Under the pieces are notes generated by a model, which was not told where the DNA came from, made no database searches, and saw nothing but the letters and a program-made list of their open reading frames with translations. A stretch of 58,162 nt of DNA, counting the filler, from Nemertoderma westbladi (Eukaryota > Animalia > Xenacoelomorpha), in assembly GCA_032718475.1 (NCBI GenBank). It is 2 parts of 2 records of this genome, joined end to end, with 100 filler letters (N's around TTAATTAATTAA, not from the genome) between each part and the next. Parts side by side here need not be neighbours in the genome. Positions count along the whole stretch, not along the records: positions 1 to 28,610 come from JAUCBJ010000409.1; positions 28,711 to 58,162 come from JAUCBJ010006130.1. One strand, given 5' to 3'. Both the position numbers and the translations under genes were made by a program. This document shows positions 27,501 through 37,880 of the stretch, piece after piece. Numbering within the stretch: position 1 is the first letter of the stretch; every line of letters begins with the position of its first letter.

Positions 27501-27861
27501 ACATTATATTAGGAGAGATAGTGTAATAATTAAACATATGTCAAATTATCTCATCTTAATGGGGTTTTTTAATTTTAGTCAAGTGCATTATAATATACAT
27601 TATAGCTATATAGTAAGTATATTTATGAGGTAGCCTTGCACCAACATTAAATTACTATTTGTTAGAAATCGCAAACTAACAATTAATTACTGCTTTGTTC
27701 CTCACAATTTAGAGAGTCTTTGTGATGGCGTTATGTGTAAAGATGACCAAGTTTGCCAGACTGATCATGATGGCCACCATTGTTATTGTAGTGATCACAG
27801 TCTAGCTATAGATGAGAAGAGTGGTGTATGTAAGGCATGTGATGGAGGATCAAACATAGAG
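6399..27861 (+). CDS. Partial multi-exon gene for a mosaic extracellular protein: CysD-EGFx9-CysD-EGF-EGF-like (15 exons, ~1.9 kb coding; start and end not found in the window)
   Basis: Exons 6399-6524, 7285-7470, nine EGF exons 9770-17743, 21879-22004, 22721-22906, 24893-25006 and 27713-27861. All have AG/GT boundaries, all junctions are phase 1, and the joined frame is open. Confidence 0.85.
7285..7470 (+). CDS. CysD domain exon B, copy 1
   Basis: Boundaries ttctacag| and |gtatgt. Translates WFSQHNCLEPISSEARTKQTQIDARATGDSFSMYSADGLICKNIEQSSGRWCHDYEIQFCCP, matching the C-terminal CysD pattern GLxCxNxxQ...CxDYExxFCC. Confidence 0.9.
9770..9883 (+). CDS. EGF-like exon 1 (114 bp, phase 1-1)
   Basis: Boundaries ttttatag| and |gtaagt. 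Translates VNPCYGIDCNGKGTCNNVGGGAVCDCSVGYDSVGGTCV, with six Cys in EGF spacing. Confidence 0.88.
10745..10858 (+). CDS. EGF-like exon 2
   Basis: Same splice sites; VNPCHGIDCNGKGTCNNVGGGAVCDCSEGYDSVGGTCV. Confidence 0.88.
11729..11842 (+). CDS. EGF-like exon 3
   Basis: Same 114-bp exon, intact AG/GT. Confidence 0.88.
12714..12827 (+). CDS. EGF-like exon 4
   Basis: Same exon with one synonymous change (GGG>GGA). Confidence 0.88.
13699..13812 (+). CDS. EGF-like exon 5
   Basis: Same 114-bp exon, intact AG/GT. Confidence 0.88.
14675..14788 (+). CDS. EGF-like exon 6
   Basis: Same 114-bp exon, intact AG/GT. Confidence 0.88.
15660..15773 (+). CDS. EGF-like exon 7
   Basis: Same exon with an N>T change (AAT>ACT). 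Confidence 0.88.
16644..16757 (+). CDS. EGF-like exon 8
   Basis: Same 114-bp exon, intact AG/GT. Confidence 0.88.
17630..17743 (+). CDS. EGF-like exon 9
   Basis: Same exon with E>D and synonymous changes; intact AG/GT. Confidence 0.88.
18081..21766 (+). mobile_element. Non-LTR retrotransposon (RTE group, Proto2/RTEX-like) with both ends, disrupted ORFs and an internal RT deletion
   Basis: 7-bp TSD TTACTAT at 18074-18080 and 21767-21773; the empty site is at ~6287-6293. It has a (TTA)n tail, a broken ORF1 (~18170-19236), an APE domain at 19243-19971 (YNANS, IQEH, VYLP, GDFNA, LDH, DHMPL), a PGWN linker and YADD at ~20860. Confidence 0.92.
21879..22004 (+). CDS. CysD exon A, copy 2
   Basis: Appears identical to 6399-6524, including splice sites. 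Confidence 0.85.
22721..22906 (+). CDS. CysD exon B, copy 2
   Basis: Appears identical to 7285-7470, including splice sites. Confidence 0.9.
24893..25006 (+). CDS. EGF-like exon 10 (after the second CysD)
   Basis: Same peptide as the array consensus, with synonymous changes only; boundaries ttttatag| and |gtaagg. Confidence 0.88.
25254..26250. mobile_element. piggyBac-like non-autonomous element
   Basis: TTAA on both sides (25250-25253 and 26251-26254). TIRs CCCTATCCAACCTG and CAGGTTGAATAGGG match at 13/14. A subterminal IR is present (TGTTGGCGTTTTC). The rejoined flanks match the array intron. Confidence 0.85.
26700..27160 (+). mobile_element. Highly degraded RTE LINE fragment
   Basis: Remnant peptides LSRVWKS, KVFFQAAV and GQPLTFPQRLLKNPDLDNADGL resemble the RTE C-terminus at 37380-37815. 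Confidence 0.55.
27713..27861 (+). CDS. Divergent EGF-like exon
   Basis: A phase-1 acceptor (ttag|) precedes ESLCDGVMCKDDQVCQTDHDGHHCYCSDHSLAIDEKSGVCKACDGGSNIE. The first five Cys have the same C-x4-C-x5-C-x8-C-x-C spacing as the array exons. The donor GAG|GTGTGT is probable, not certain. Confidence 0.75.
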
Positions 27862-28610
27862 GTGTGTTCTTATGTTCAAGTTTTTTTAATGTCATTCATT
27901 AGAGTATTGAGTGGGTCAATCACTTTTCCCTTAAATTCCTCACGAATGGTGCCAAAAGTGGTAAATAGGGTATTTCAATAACCAATTTCAAAAATGAATT
28001 GACTTTGGTCCTGAAAATGCGGGGCAAAAGTATTTCGCATCTTGGCATAGTGGTTAAATCCGTTTGCCTTGAATTCATATCTCTCGAAAGGTTCTGGGTT
28101 AAACCCCGTATTGGCATCGAAGAGTTTTCGTTTCGGCACAAATGCTTTAAGTGGACTAGCCAGGCACCAAAGAGTTTTCGTTTCAGCACAAATGCTTAAA
28201 GTGGACTAGCCAGAGCGCATCTCTATAAAACGCGTTATGGTTCACTGGTAATCAATCCGGTTGAGAAACAATGTTATCAAATCGCTGAACACTGCTATCA
28301 GAAGGAGTTACCAACCTATGGTATCTACAGGACCGCCGAGAGGGGGAGTGGGGGAGGCATAGTGAGCAAAATCACCAGCCCCGGGAGATGCCCAGGGGTC
28401 CTAGAACGAACCCGCTGAGAAAATTTTGGAACACTGACACACACACCAACACACCCCCAACACACTGACTTTTAGAAAACAGCCACAGTATAATTATTAC
28501 AGTTTGCTGATGACTCGCAGTTTTGACTCGCCCCACATCCACATGGCATCAGAACCTTGGTACTGGCCTCAGAAGGATACAGGCCTATATCTATATTTAT
28601 TGGTGAGCTG

Positions 28611-28710
28611 NNNNNNNNNNNNNNNNNNNNNNNNNNNNNNNNNNNNNNNNNNNNTTAATTAATTAANNNNNNNNNNNNNNNNNNNNNNNNNNNNNNNNNN
28701 NNNNNNNNNN
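28611..28710. other. Assembly gap with artificial six-frame stop linker
   Basis: 44 N + TTAATTAATTAA + 44 N = 100 nt. Confidence 0.97.
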
Positions 28711-28881
28711 CTAGTCTGCACTGTATGTCATTTGGTATTGCAGTACAGTATTGTAGGTGTAGCTGTCCTGTACTGCAGTACTGCTGTGTTATGCTGTAGG
28801 CTCTATTCATCACATCACGCGTCAATCTGGCAATTTTGACAAACTCAGAGAGTGGACTGGAGCTGGACTACCTGAACCGGT

Positions 28882-30447
28882 ATGGCAATGGCATCTAATG
28901 AGGACTTATTTCTCGACAAAATTGGCAACGACATGAGCAACAACTCCATCGATGTGCCGATGTGGAACTGCTCCTGCAGTCTCCATCTCTGCTCCCCGCA
29001 CACCACATGTCTCACGCCGAGCATGTGCCACTCCACTGTAATTCTCAACAGCACAAGCGGCGTGTTTGCGGGAAGTAAAGGTTGCCTCGATGTACCCCAT
29101 CAGGCGAACATGCAATGCAATGCGAAAAATACATCGAAAATCGAAACTATATGCTGTAAGGAAGATATGTGTAACGATAAGGTCACTCATACATTACGTG
29201 GATCCAAACCGGATGTCTTGAATCCGGTCTCACACCCTCCCAATTATCTCCCCGCCTTCATTATCGTTCCCTTTGTCGTTATAATCATCTTTGTGGTCGC
29301 CCTCATTTACTTTATAAAACGACACCGACGGGAGAAGCGTTCGGCTGATAGGGTCCGCGGGGAGAGAGAGTTGCCTCGCGAGTTGTTGGGACCACTGGTT
29401 CCCGCGGGGGATTCAACCCTCCAGGACATCTGCGGCCAGTCGTGCACGAGCGGGAGCGGCTCGGGGCTGCCGGTGTTGGCGCAGCGCACTGTCGCTCGCG
29501 CGGTCACGCTGCAACGATGCGTCGGGAAGGGACGTTACGGGGAGGTTTGGCGCGGCGTGTGGCACGGCGAGTCGGTGGCCGTTAAGATATTCTACTCGAG
29601 GGACGAAGCCTCGTGGTCCCGCGAAACGGAGATCTACAACACGGTGTTGCTGCGACACGAGAACGTCTTGGGTTACATCGCGAGCGACATGATTTCCCGT
29701 AACTCGTGCACGCAGCTGTGGTTGATGACGCACTTCCACGAGAACGGATCCTTGTTCGACTTTCTCGGGCGGACGCAACTCACTCCGGAGCTCGCCGTCC
29801 AGATGGCCTACTCTACCATCTCCGGACTCAACCACCTTCACACCGAGATATTCGGGACCCAGGGTAAACCAGCGATCGCGCACAGAGACCTCAAGTCGAA
29901 GAACATCTTAGTTAAAGGGAATTTGGATTGTTGCGTCGCTGATTTGGGTTTAGCGGTCACTCATTCTCAATCGTCCGGCCACATCGACCTCGGGAGTAAC
30001 AACAAGGTCGGCACTAAGCGATACATGGCCCCGGAGATCCTCTCGGACTCCCTCCAGACGTGGCGCTTCGACGCGTACAAAGAGGCGGACATCTACGCGT
30101 TCGGGTTGGTCCTGTGGGAGGTGGCGAGTCGCACGGTGACCCGGGGCACCGGACACCCGTATCTGGACGGACATCGGCCGCCGTACTGGGACGCGGTGGG
30201 GGCGGATCCCTCCTTCGAGTTGATGCATCGGATCGTGTGCGCGGAAGGGAAGCGGCCCACCGTGCCGAACGGGTGGGCCAGCGAGCCGACACTGTGTCGC
30301 ATCGGGAAGGTCATAGAGGAATGTTGGGCGGGGAATCCCGCGGTTAGACTCACGTCGCTGAGGATCAAAAAGTCCTTATTGGAATTATCGTACACCTTCG
30401 TAGACAAGAAGGATTCCTACCCGAATCTACACGATATGATTATATAA
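28882..30447 (+). CDS. ACVR1: TGF-beta/BMP type I receptor, ALK1/2 (ACVR1/saxophone) subfamily; uninterrupted 521-aa ORF
   Basis: 10-Cys ectodomain ending in CCKEDMCN; TM helix AFIIVPFVVIIIFVVALIYF; GS box TSGSGSG; kinase motifs GKGRYGEV, VAVK, HRDLKSKN, DLG, GTKRYMAPE. The L45 loop SDMISRNSCTQ is of ALK1/2 type. Confidence 0.95.
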   Translation: MAMASNEDLFLDKIGNDMSNNSIDVPMWNCSCSLHLCSPHTTCLTPSMCHSTVILNSTSGVFAGSKGCLDVPHQANMQCNAKNTSKIETICCKEDMCNDKVTHTLRGSKPDVLNPVSHPPNYLPAFIIVPFVVIIIFVVALIYFIKRHRREKRSADRVRGERELPRELLGPLVPAGDSTLQDICGQSCTSGSGSGLPVLAQRTVARAVTLQRCVGKGRYGEVWRGVWHGESVAVKIFYSRDEASWSRETEIYNTVLLRHENVLGYIASDMISRNSCTQLWLMTHFHENGSLFDFLGRTQLTPELAVQMAYSTISGLNHLHTEIFGTQGKPAIAHRDLKSKNILVKGNLDCCVADLGLAVTHSQSSGHIDLGSNNKVGTKRYMAPEILSDSLQTWRFDAYKEADIYAFGLVLWEVASRTVTRGTGHPYLDGHRPPYWDAVGADPSFELMHRIVCAEGKRPTVPNGWASEPTLCRIGKVIEECWAGNPAVRLTSLRIKKSLLELSYTFVDKKDSYPNLHDMII

Positions 30448-30849
30448 AGTAACACTTTTTATATTTTTTCGAATTCGCCTTGTACGATGAATCACTTAGG
30501 ATGCCGTTATAATAACCATCGGTACTTATTAAATGTTACTAGTTACAAAGTCACGATATCCTCCCGGGAATGACGGATATTTTGGCTTATTATTATATCA
30601 AGGTAAAAATTGACGAAATAATACATTATTTAAAAAAATAATTAAATAATATAAAAAATGTAAAATAAAAAAATAGATCATCTCTAAAAATGATTTATTA
30701 ATATGGCAATAATTAATAAAAATATATAATGTAAATGACTTTATAACCTTTCATATTTTCGTTTAGAAATGTTTAATATAAAACAATGATATCAGGTCCA
30801 ACCATATTAATTATAAAGTTTGGGCGTTAGTAGGACAATGTGTTACGAA

Positions 30850-31420
30850 CACGAGGTATCGACCAACTACTAGGATCGGCATGCTGCATTTTTAAGAATG
30901 CTGTGCCGGCTTGTCGACAAAATTGCGCCGCCACAACTCCCTATCACCCATGACATTTGCTAGATCATCCGCATCTTTAAGGCCAGTGTCCTTTAAGATG
31001 CGTCTCAAGAAAGTCATGGGCTGTCCACCATGCTTATTCACTCCATGAGGCTGCCAAAGTACAAGATTATGCACTGGCTGGTCCTCACGGCGAAAGCAAT
31101 GTCCTGCAAAGCGGAGGCGATTTTGTTCTAGTGTCAAGCTTGGGGGAACCAATGAGACACCTCCAATGTTATATAGTGTCTGGTTGGATGTGTGCATTGC
31201 ACTTGACACAATGAACCCGGCGTAGCATTCTTGTGAATGTGCCATCCAGAGATTTGGTATCCTCAGCAGTTAGAGCCCAGCATGGACTCCCATAGAGGAC
31301 TACTGCTGCTCTAAATAATCGGACCTTAAGTTTCCGATTAATTCTTGGTGACTTCCAAATCCTGGAAAGCCTATTCAAGGCTGCCCATGCCTTTCCCTTA
31401 CGTATTCGAAGGTCCTCACC
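30850..31420 (-). mobile_element. RTE LINE 3' fragment
   Basis: Near-identical inverted copy of 37340-37880 (AWAALNRLSRIWKS; RLRFAGHCFRR; WQP), with frameshifts. Confidence 0.9.
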
Positions 31421-33239
31421 TGGCATCGACCAAACACCGACTGACAAAATGTTTTATAAAATGTTGTATATTATTTTACACAATCGCTAGTGGCATTACT
31501 TATTTATAGCTGATTCCAATATTTTGCCTTAAATACTATAGTATTAGCTCAATCACTTTGTAGTTTTTTGTTCAGGTCGCCTATATTACGTGATAATAGT
31601 TTATACAATTAACTTTCGTGTTTTCAAATATTTGATATTTTCTATCTGAGGTTTTTAGCATAACGTAAATTGTTTGAGCATACATTATAGCCATTGTATG
31701 CTAAGTGTGAGATAGTTTACCAATTTACCTTCGAGTTGTTCTGTTGTAGTAAATGCAATTGGTTGCATTAATGAAAATTAATTTCGCCAATATTTCTGAA
31801 CAATAGAGTATTGGGGAGTTTGATTAAGTGGCTCCCTCGTTTATTTATGTTAACCTCCTCGCTACGCTCGCATCGCATCGCTTCGATACACGCCGATCTC
31901 CTATTTTTCACACAATTATGTAAATACTTTGTTGGTGGACTGCCAACTTACATCACCACCACACGTGCAATTGTTTTCATTCAAAACGTAAATATTTAAT
32001 ATATCATTATATTGAAAATATATACTGTTTGCTGTAGTTTCAAGATCAACAATTGGCTGTTGTAATACGGAACAGCCCCACTTTCATTTTCTATTTAACC
32101 TTTTTTTATTGCTAAATGTGCACAGTAATTGTTCTTAGTAACTAAATTTCCCATCTATTTACATATATTTATTATATACGGCTGTGTTTGTATGTTATTA
32201 TTATTTATATATCTGATAGTTGCTGACTGGGCCAGTTTCACTCCTAATGTTATTAGTTCAATAAAGGTTCGCTTTAACTGTATATTATTTATTAATATTA
32301 ATGTTATATTATAATATTATACATATCACTGGCATTTATTTGCTTTTTTATTTAGTTTTTTAATAAATAATTGGTTTTATTATTCTTCGTTTCGTAGTTA
32401 CATGACTTCCGGTATTGATTTCGTGGATTTTAATTGTGTTAAATAGCAGCTGCCAGCCACATTATCCTTATGGATGGGGCATTCTGTGTTGAGCATTATT
32501 ATACGTGATATTGTTTTATATTGGTGGTTTACAAATTCATTGTCTACTTTCTAGATCTATTCATATTATTAACATAATTGGTGTAAATAATGCATATACA
32601 TATATCGAAATATATTTCTTTATATTTCCAAACCTTCGAAATGATTTGGTTGTTTCAATAATATATTTTCTCCCAATTTTCAGATAACTATTTTTTTTCC
32701 GTGTCGTATAAACCTTCAACTTTAGAAGTCCCGATAATCGAGTCTTTAGCATTGATCTGTATAAAACTCGGATTGTGCGAATGGTTCGTATGGGGGTTGG
32801 TATTCGAAATGATGACAAAGTCTAGTTACTCCCAGCAGTTCTACAAAGGTTGTTCGTTCATTCGGAATTATCGCGATAATCACAAGCGATGACCGTAATG
32901 TCCGAAATTAAACAAAATTTCTTAGATTAGAGCTTCATGACTTAGGGTTACATTTCACTTTGAATTAGGGTTTCGGACCGCCACTCTGATAATATGGGGT
33001 GAAAATGCACTGGGGGTGGGGGGGGGCGCATATGGCGCAAGCCGCTAGGCAAAAATGCCTGGGGGGGGGGGGGGGATTTAGACTGTGGCAGCGGTACTTT
33101 ATACCTTTACTAACATCAGTGAACGTAAATGTTGTATTTACTGAATGCAGCGTCCAGTTTGGTACAGTACCGCTACCGGTACCATATAGGTAAACTATGA
33201 CGTATTTTGAAATACCATGAACGATCAGCTAAGTTGTCT

Positions 33240-34107
33240 GTGGAGTCTGTTCGGTCTTTTAAAGTCCCTACTATCAATTTATATGCTAACACACTCAATG
33301 ACATGATGCCACTGTCTCAACAGATATCTTCCGAGTTGATGTAGAGTCTCTTAGACACAGCCAATGTTCCTAAAATTGAGTTCCCAAACTCCCCTGCCAT
33401 ACACACACAGGCGGTAGAGAGAACTGTGAAGTTATCTAGTTGTATCTAGTTGGTTTTCATGGGAGCAGGTAGGGGGGGAAACTTGACGCAATAAAAATTA
33501 ATCACTCTCCATTGGAAATTCGACGCAAATACTGTAATAGCTGATTACTCTCAAAAATAAAACTGTAACATGTTCTATTGTGTTTAGTTTATTGTTTTGG
33601 TTAAAATAACTTGCCACTGTAACCTGTTCCTTTCCCTAAATTGGGAAAATTTAACATTGAGGCGGGATATTAATTCGCCAAGGCGGGTTTTGCGTCCAGT
33701 CCCCCCCCCCCCCCCCTTTCTCCATGGGAGTGACGAGTTATAAGGAACACAATAAGATCACGGCAGAAAATTTGAATATTTCAAACCAAGAGTGACTATA
33801 ATATTTCATATAAGCTTATTTGTAATTTAGATTCAATATATTGGATTCTCTTGTAATCTTAAAATTATTTGTTTTGTCTTTTAAATTATTTGTCTTACTT
33901 TTGATTTCACTTAATAATTAATATAATGTTCAAAAGACCCGAGTTCAAATCCTGCCGGGATAAAAAGTTTTATTGCAAAATTTTAAATTTCGTTGAGGCC
34001 AAGCAAGTAATCCAAAATTTATTATTTTTTTGAGCAATCATTTTACACCAAAATGCGGTAGCCGATCTCAAAATTTAAAAAAAAAGTTTTTTTTTCACTC
34101 CACCCTA
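33240..34107 (+). mobile_element. Degenerate DNA transposase C-terminus and right end (hAT-like, hATm-type; tentative), interrupted by a MITE
   Basis: Remnants VRSFKVPTIN..DM, PCH..QAVERTVKL and IRNTIRSRQ..FQTKSDY. It ends in CACCCTA (reverse complement TAGGGTG). Confidence 0.5.
33466..33722. mobile_element. MITE-like dispersed repeat with poly-G/poly-C and GACGCAA inverted ends
   Basis: Flanked by duplicated CATGGGAG (TSD length ambiguous). A close copy lies at 43897-44138, with related pieces near 35240, 35950-36125, 55650-55750 and 57500-57560. Confidence 0.7.
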
Positions 34108-35126
34108 AAGGTATACCCCCACCAGTACTGCTTATGAAACTGTTGTAAATTATTTTTATTCCAAAATTGTAACATTACTCAACGCCGTTGGTAATAACAG
34201 CGAGTTGCACTACACTTTACAACATTTAAGGACATTACAGCATTGTATTGGCCTGTACATTTTTTAGTATTGTATTTGGTGTTATTGTTTACGTGGTAAC
34301 CAATGACGGCGTTAAGTTATGTCCACTACGGGGACGTCCCTTAACGCCGTCAATTGTTACCATGTAAACAATAGGTGGAAATTTGTCTGACAGCCATAAA
34401 TATAAGCTAACTTATTTATAACATAATTTATGTCATTTTTACATTTATTTATACAACAACTAATATAATTTGTGCAGTTTCTATCACTTATAATGTATAT
34501 GTACAATCATTACGTAATGTTAAAATTTTGGAATAAAACTACATACCGGTACATAGGCCTGCTTGTAAAAAAAACTACTGTAAAAAAAAACTGTAAAAAA
34601 AACTACATACATACTTTTTGCAAAGAACTTTACAGTGTTCTGATCCTCGTGGCTTTATTTTCACTCACTCACTAACGTTCGTTCGTGTAACAAAGCCACT
34701 CGGATCGTCACACTGTAAAGTGCTACTTTACACACAAGTATGTAAATAGTTATTACAACAATCAATATAAGATTGTTATTCTTGGGGAATTCAATGCCTC
34801 TGCCTTTTTTTTTCTGGTCAATTACTATACGTCTTGGGTGTCAGCAAACATGTGAACCAAAGATTAAGGAATTTTACAAGATGTATTGTATTCCTTACTA
34901 TTGAACTGTTTTCGGCTGGTACAGTTTCAGTTTTAGAATGTCTGGGATACTGTATAGTACCCACACAGGCTCTAGTCTCCGATCCTATAATGAAATTTGG
35001 GATTATAAATTGGGATTAAATAAAAGGCGGGTGATCTGGTCTACTGTAATAGCCGTATTACAACGTGCTGAACTTCCGATGATTTAGGAAATTGATGCGA
35101 TAGGCTATGATACAGTAGTTGATGAT

Positions 35127-35397
35127 GGTTGGGTTCAATCTTCGCCCACGAACCACCATCGCCCGCGTCCAAACTTCGCCCGCGTACAACCTTCGCCAGG
35201 GGGATCTGAATCTTATGCCCAATAAGATTTTTGGTACTAATTGAGGGAAAGGAGCAGGTTACAGAGACGACTTTTCAAACCAAAACAATAATTGTTTATT
35301 GGGCGAAGGTTGCTGGCGGGCGATATTTAGGTGCTCATTTTGAGGGCGAAGATTGCCCTGGGCGTAGAATGGACGCGGGCGAAGTTTGCTGCGTAAC
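35127..35397. mobile_element. MULE-like MITE
   Basis: 9-bp direct repeat GTTGATGAT at 35118-35126 and 35398-35406. Imperfect TIRs carry CTTCGCCC/GGGCGAAG subterminal repeats. Confidence 0.7.
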
Positions 35398-36127
35398 GTT
35401 GATGATTAGTATTGGAACATAAAATATTAATTTATTATTTGATTTATTCATTGTAGCGAGTGGTTAACGACGTCCATGTAGGCCTACTGTAGGGATGAGC
35501 ACAGTGGCAGTAGATGATGGTATTGGCAGATAAATTGCGCGGACACATCCAGGTAGTGTTTCCACGTCTACCTTTTACCTGAGCCGCCAGCTGAATGGTT
35601 AGAGGGTCAGACTTCCGGAGGTCACCAGTTCGATTCCACCTGGACGTCTTGTCGATGCAAAGCTTTGCCCAACAAAAGATATAAAAATATTTATTGGATC
35701 ATAATATATCATTTGGCACGAAGTAGAGCGTGATTAACCACCTCAAACAGCAGGCTGAACGACTTCAAGGGGAGTTTTTCACTTTCACTTACACACATTT
35801 CGCCTTCTAGCGTTAGACTGTGGAACTACAGTACATATTTCTCAGCTTCCACACAAAGATACGAGGCTTATGATTTAGTACAGTACATGTCAAGTTTCAG
35901 CTAGAGCGGATCATAAAGAAACAAATGATTACGTTTAAATTACCAGATAGGGGCAATCAAAATTCATCCCTCTCCAGGGGAAAAATAATAGCTGATTAGG
36001 CCTACACTCAAAAAAACTGTAAACTATTTTATTAACTTTAGTTTACCGTTTTGGTTAGGATAACGTACCCTACAGTACTACTGTAATGTAACCTTATGGT
36101 TTCCCTTAATGAATTGATCCCCCCCCC

Positions 36128-37880
36128 CAGCCCCAGGCATGGAAATCGATCAATCTGCTTACTGGGCGGAAAAGCCAACCAACCACCAAGGTTAAGGCTG
36201 AATCACCAGCCGATCGCCTCAATGGTTGGAAAGCCCACTTTGAAAAGCTCCTCAATAATGACAGGGTATTGCCTGATAACTTTATAGAAGTAAAGGTGTC
36301 TGAGTCTGTACTCCCAGATATTCCCATTGGCGATATCTCCTTTGCAGAAGTGAAGGCTGCTGCAAAGAGCATTAAGACCAATCGTGCCAGTGGAGTAGAT
36401 GGTGTTCCCCCTGAGGTCTTTAAAATACCTGAGTGTTTAAAGCTCATCTATCCCATCATAGTAGACATGTACCGTACAACAAGAGTCCCACAAGAAATGA
36501 AAACAAATAAGTTGGTGCCAGTTCCCAAGAAGGGCAACCTAACACTCTATGGTTCTTTTCGGGGAATCTCATTGATCTCGATTGCTGCAAAACTATACAA
36601 TAGAATTCTATTAAATCGCATCAGGGATCCCATTGAGAGACTGCTACGTGGAAATCAGAATGGGTTCCGTAAAGGTCGTGGGACCATGGAGCCCATTTTG
36701 GCACTTAGAAGGATAATTGAAGAGTTATCAAAAAAGAAAGACAGGCATCTGGCTGTTATCTTTGTTGACTTCTTCAAGGCCTTTGATTCAGTCTCTCGCT
36801 CACGTATGTTCAGCATACTTTCATTATATGGGATTCCTGATGAAATTATTGCAGCAATCAGATCAGTATACGATGGTTCGACAACATTTGTGTCTACTGT
36901 TGACGGTGACACAGAACCATTTGAAGTGTTATGGGGCGTCCTCCAAGGAGACACACTTTCACCATTCTTGTTCATTATTGTGGTTGACTATGTTCTACGC
37001 ATGTCCTTAGATCATCATAATGATGATGGGGTGATGATAACTCCACCTACTGGCTCCAGAAGTCGAGGAAATCCTGCCAAGTACCTAACTGATCTAGACT
37101 TTGCTGATGACTTAGGAGTACTCTCAGAATCATTAGAGGGAGCCCAGCGGCTCCTCAGCTCATTAGAACATGCTGCTTCTAGTGTTGGTCTTTTTACTAA
37201 CTCCAGAAAGACCAAAATTCTGACAGTTAACTTTGAAAGTCCTCAGCAAGTCTCTGATCGGATGAGCATAAGCTCAAAGGATGGTATGCTTGAGCATGTG
37301 GACGACTTCTGTTACCTGGGATCATGGATCCGGAAGTCAGGGGAGGACCTTCGAATACGTAAGGGAAAGGCATGGGCAGCCTTGAATAGGCTTTCCAGGA
37401 TTTGGAAGTCACCTAGAATTAATCGGAAACTTAAGGTCCGATTATTTAGAGCAGCAGTAGTTCCAGTACTCCTCTACGGGTGTCCATGCTGGGCTCTAAC
37501 TGCTGAGGACACCAAATCTCTGGATGGCACATTCACAAGAATGCTACGCCGGGTACATTGTGTCAAGTACAATGCACACTTCTCCAACCAGACACTATAT
37601 AACATTGGAGGTGTCTCATTGGTTCCCCCAAGCTTGACACTAGAACAAAATCGCCTCCGCTTTGCAGGACATTGCTTTCGCCGTGAGGACCAGCCAGTGC
37701 ATAATCTTTTACTTTGGCAGCCTTATGGAGTGAATAAGCATGGTGTATAGCCCATGACTTTCTTGAGACGCATCTTAAAGGACACTGGCCTTGAAGATGC
37801 GGATGATCTAGCAAACAGCATTCTTAAAAATGCAGCTGCAATGCAGCATGCCGATCCTAGTAGTTGGTCGATGCCTCGTG
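36128..37880 (+). mobile_element. 5'-truncated RTE-clade LINE (RT domain; premature stop at 37748-37750)
   Basis: RT motifs PVPKKGN, FRGISL, QNGFR, FVDFFKAFDSV, GVLQGDTLSP, FADD and YLGS; C-terminal RLRFAGHC. Confidence 0.93.

Noticed and set aside
28655-28666. TTAATTAATTAA palindrome as a biological element
   Set aside because: It sits centred in an exact 100-nt N block and is an assembly linker.
28845-30407. Several overlapping or antisense ORFs inside ACVR1
   Set aside because: Expected by-products of GC-rich coding sequence, with no recognisable domains.
35581-35650. tRNA-like A/B box sequence
   Set aside because: I could not fold a cloverleaf or identify an anticodon arm; at most this is a decayed tRNA-derived SINE head.
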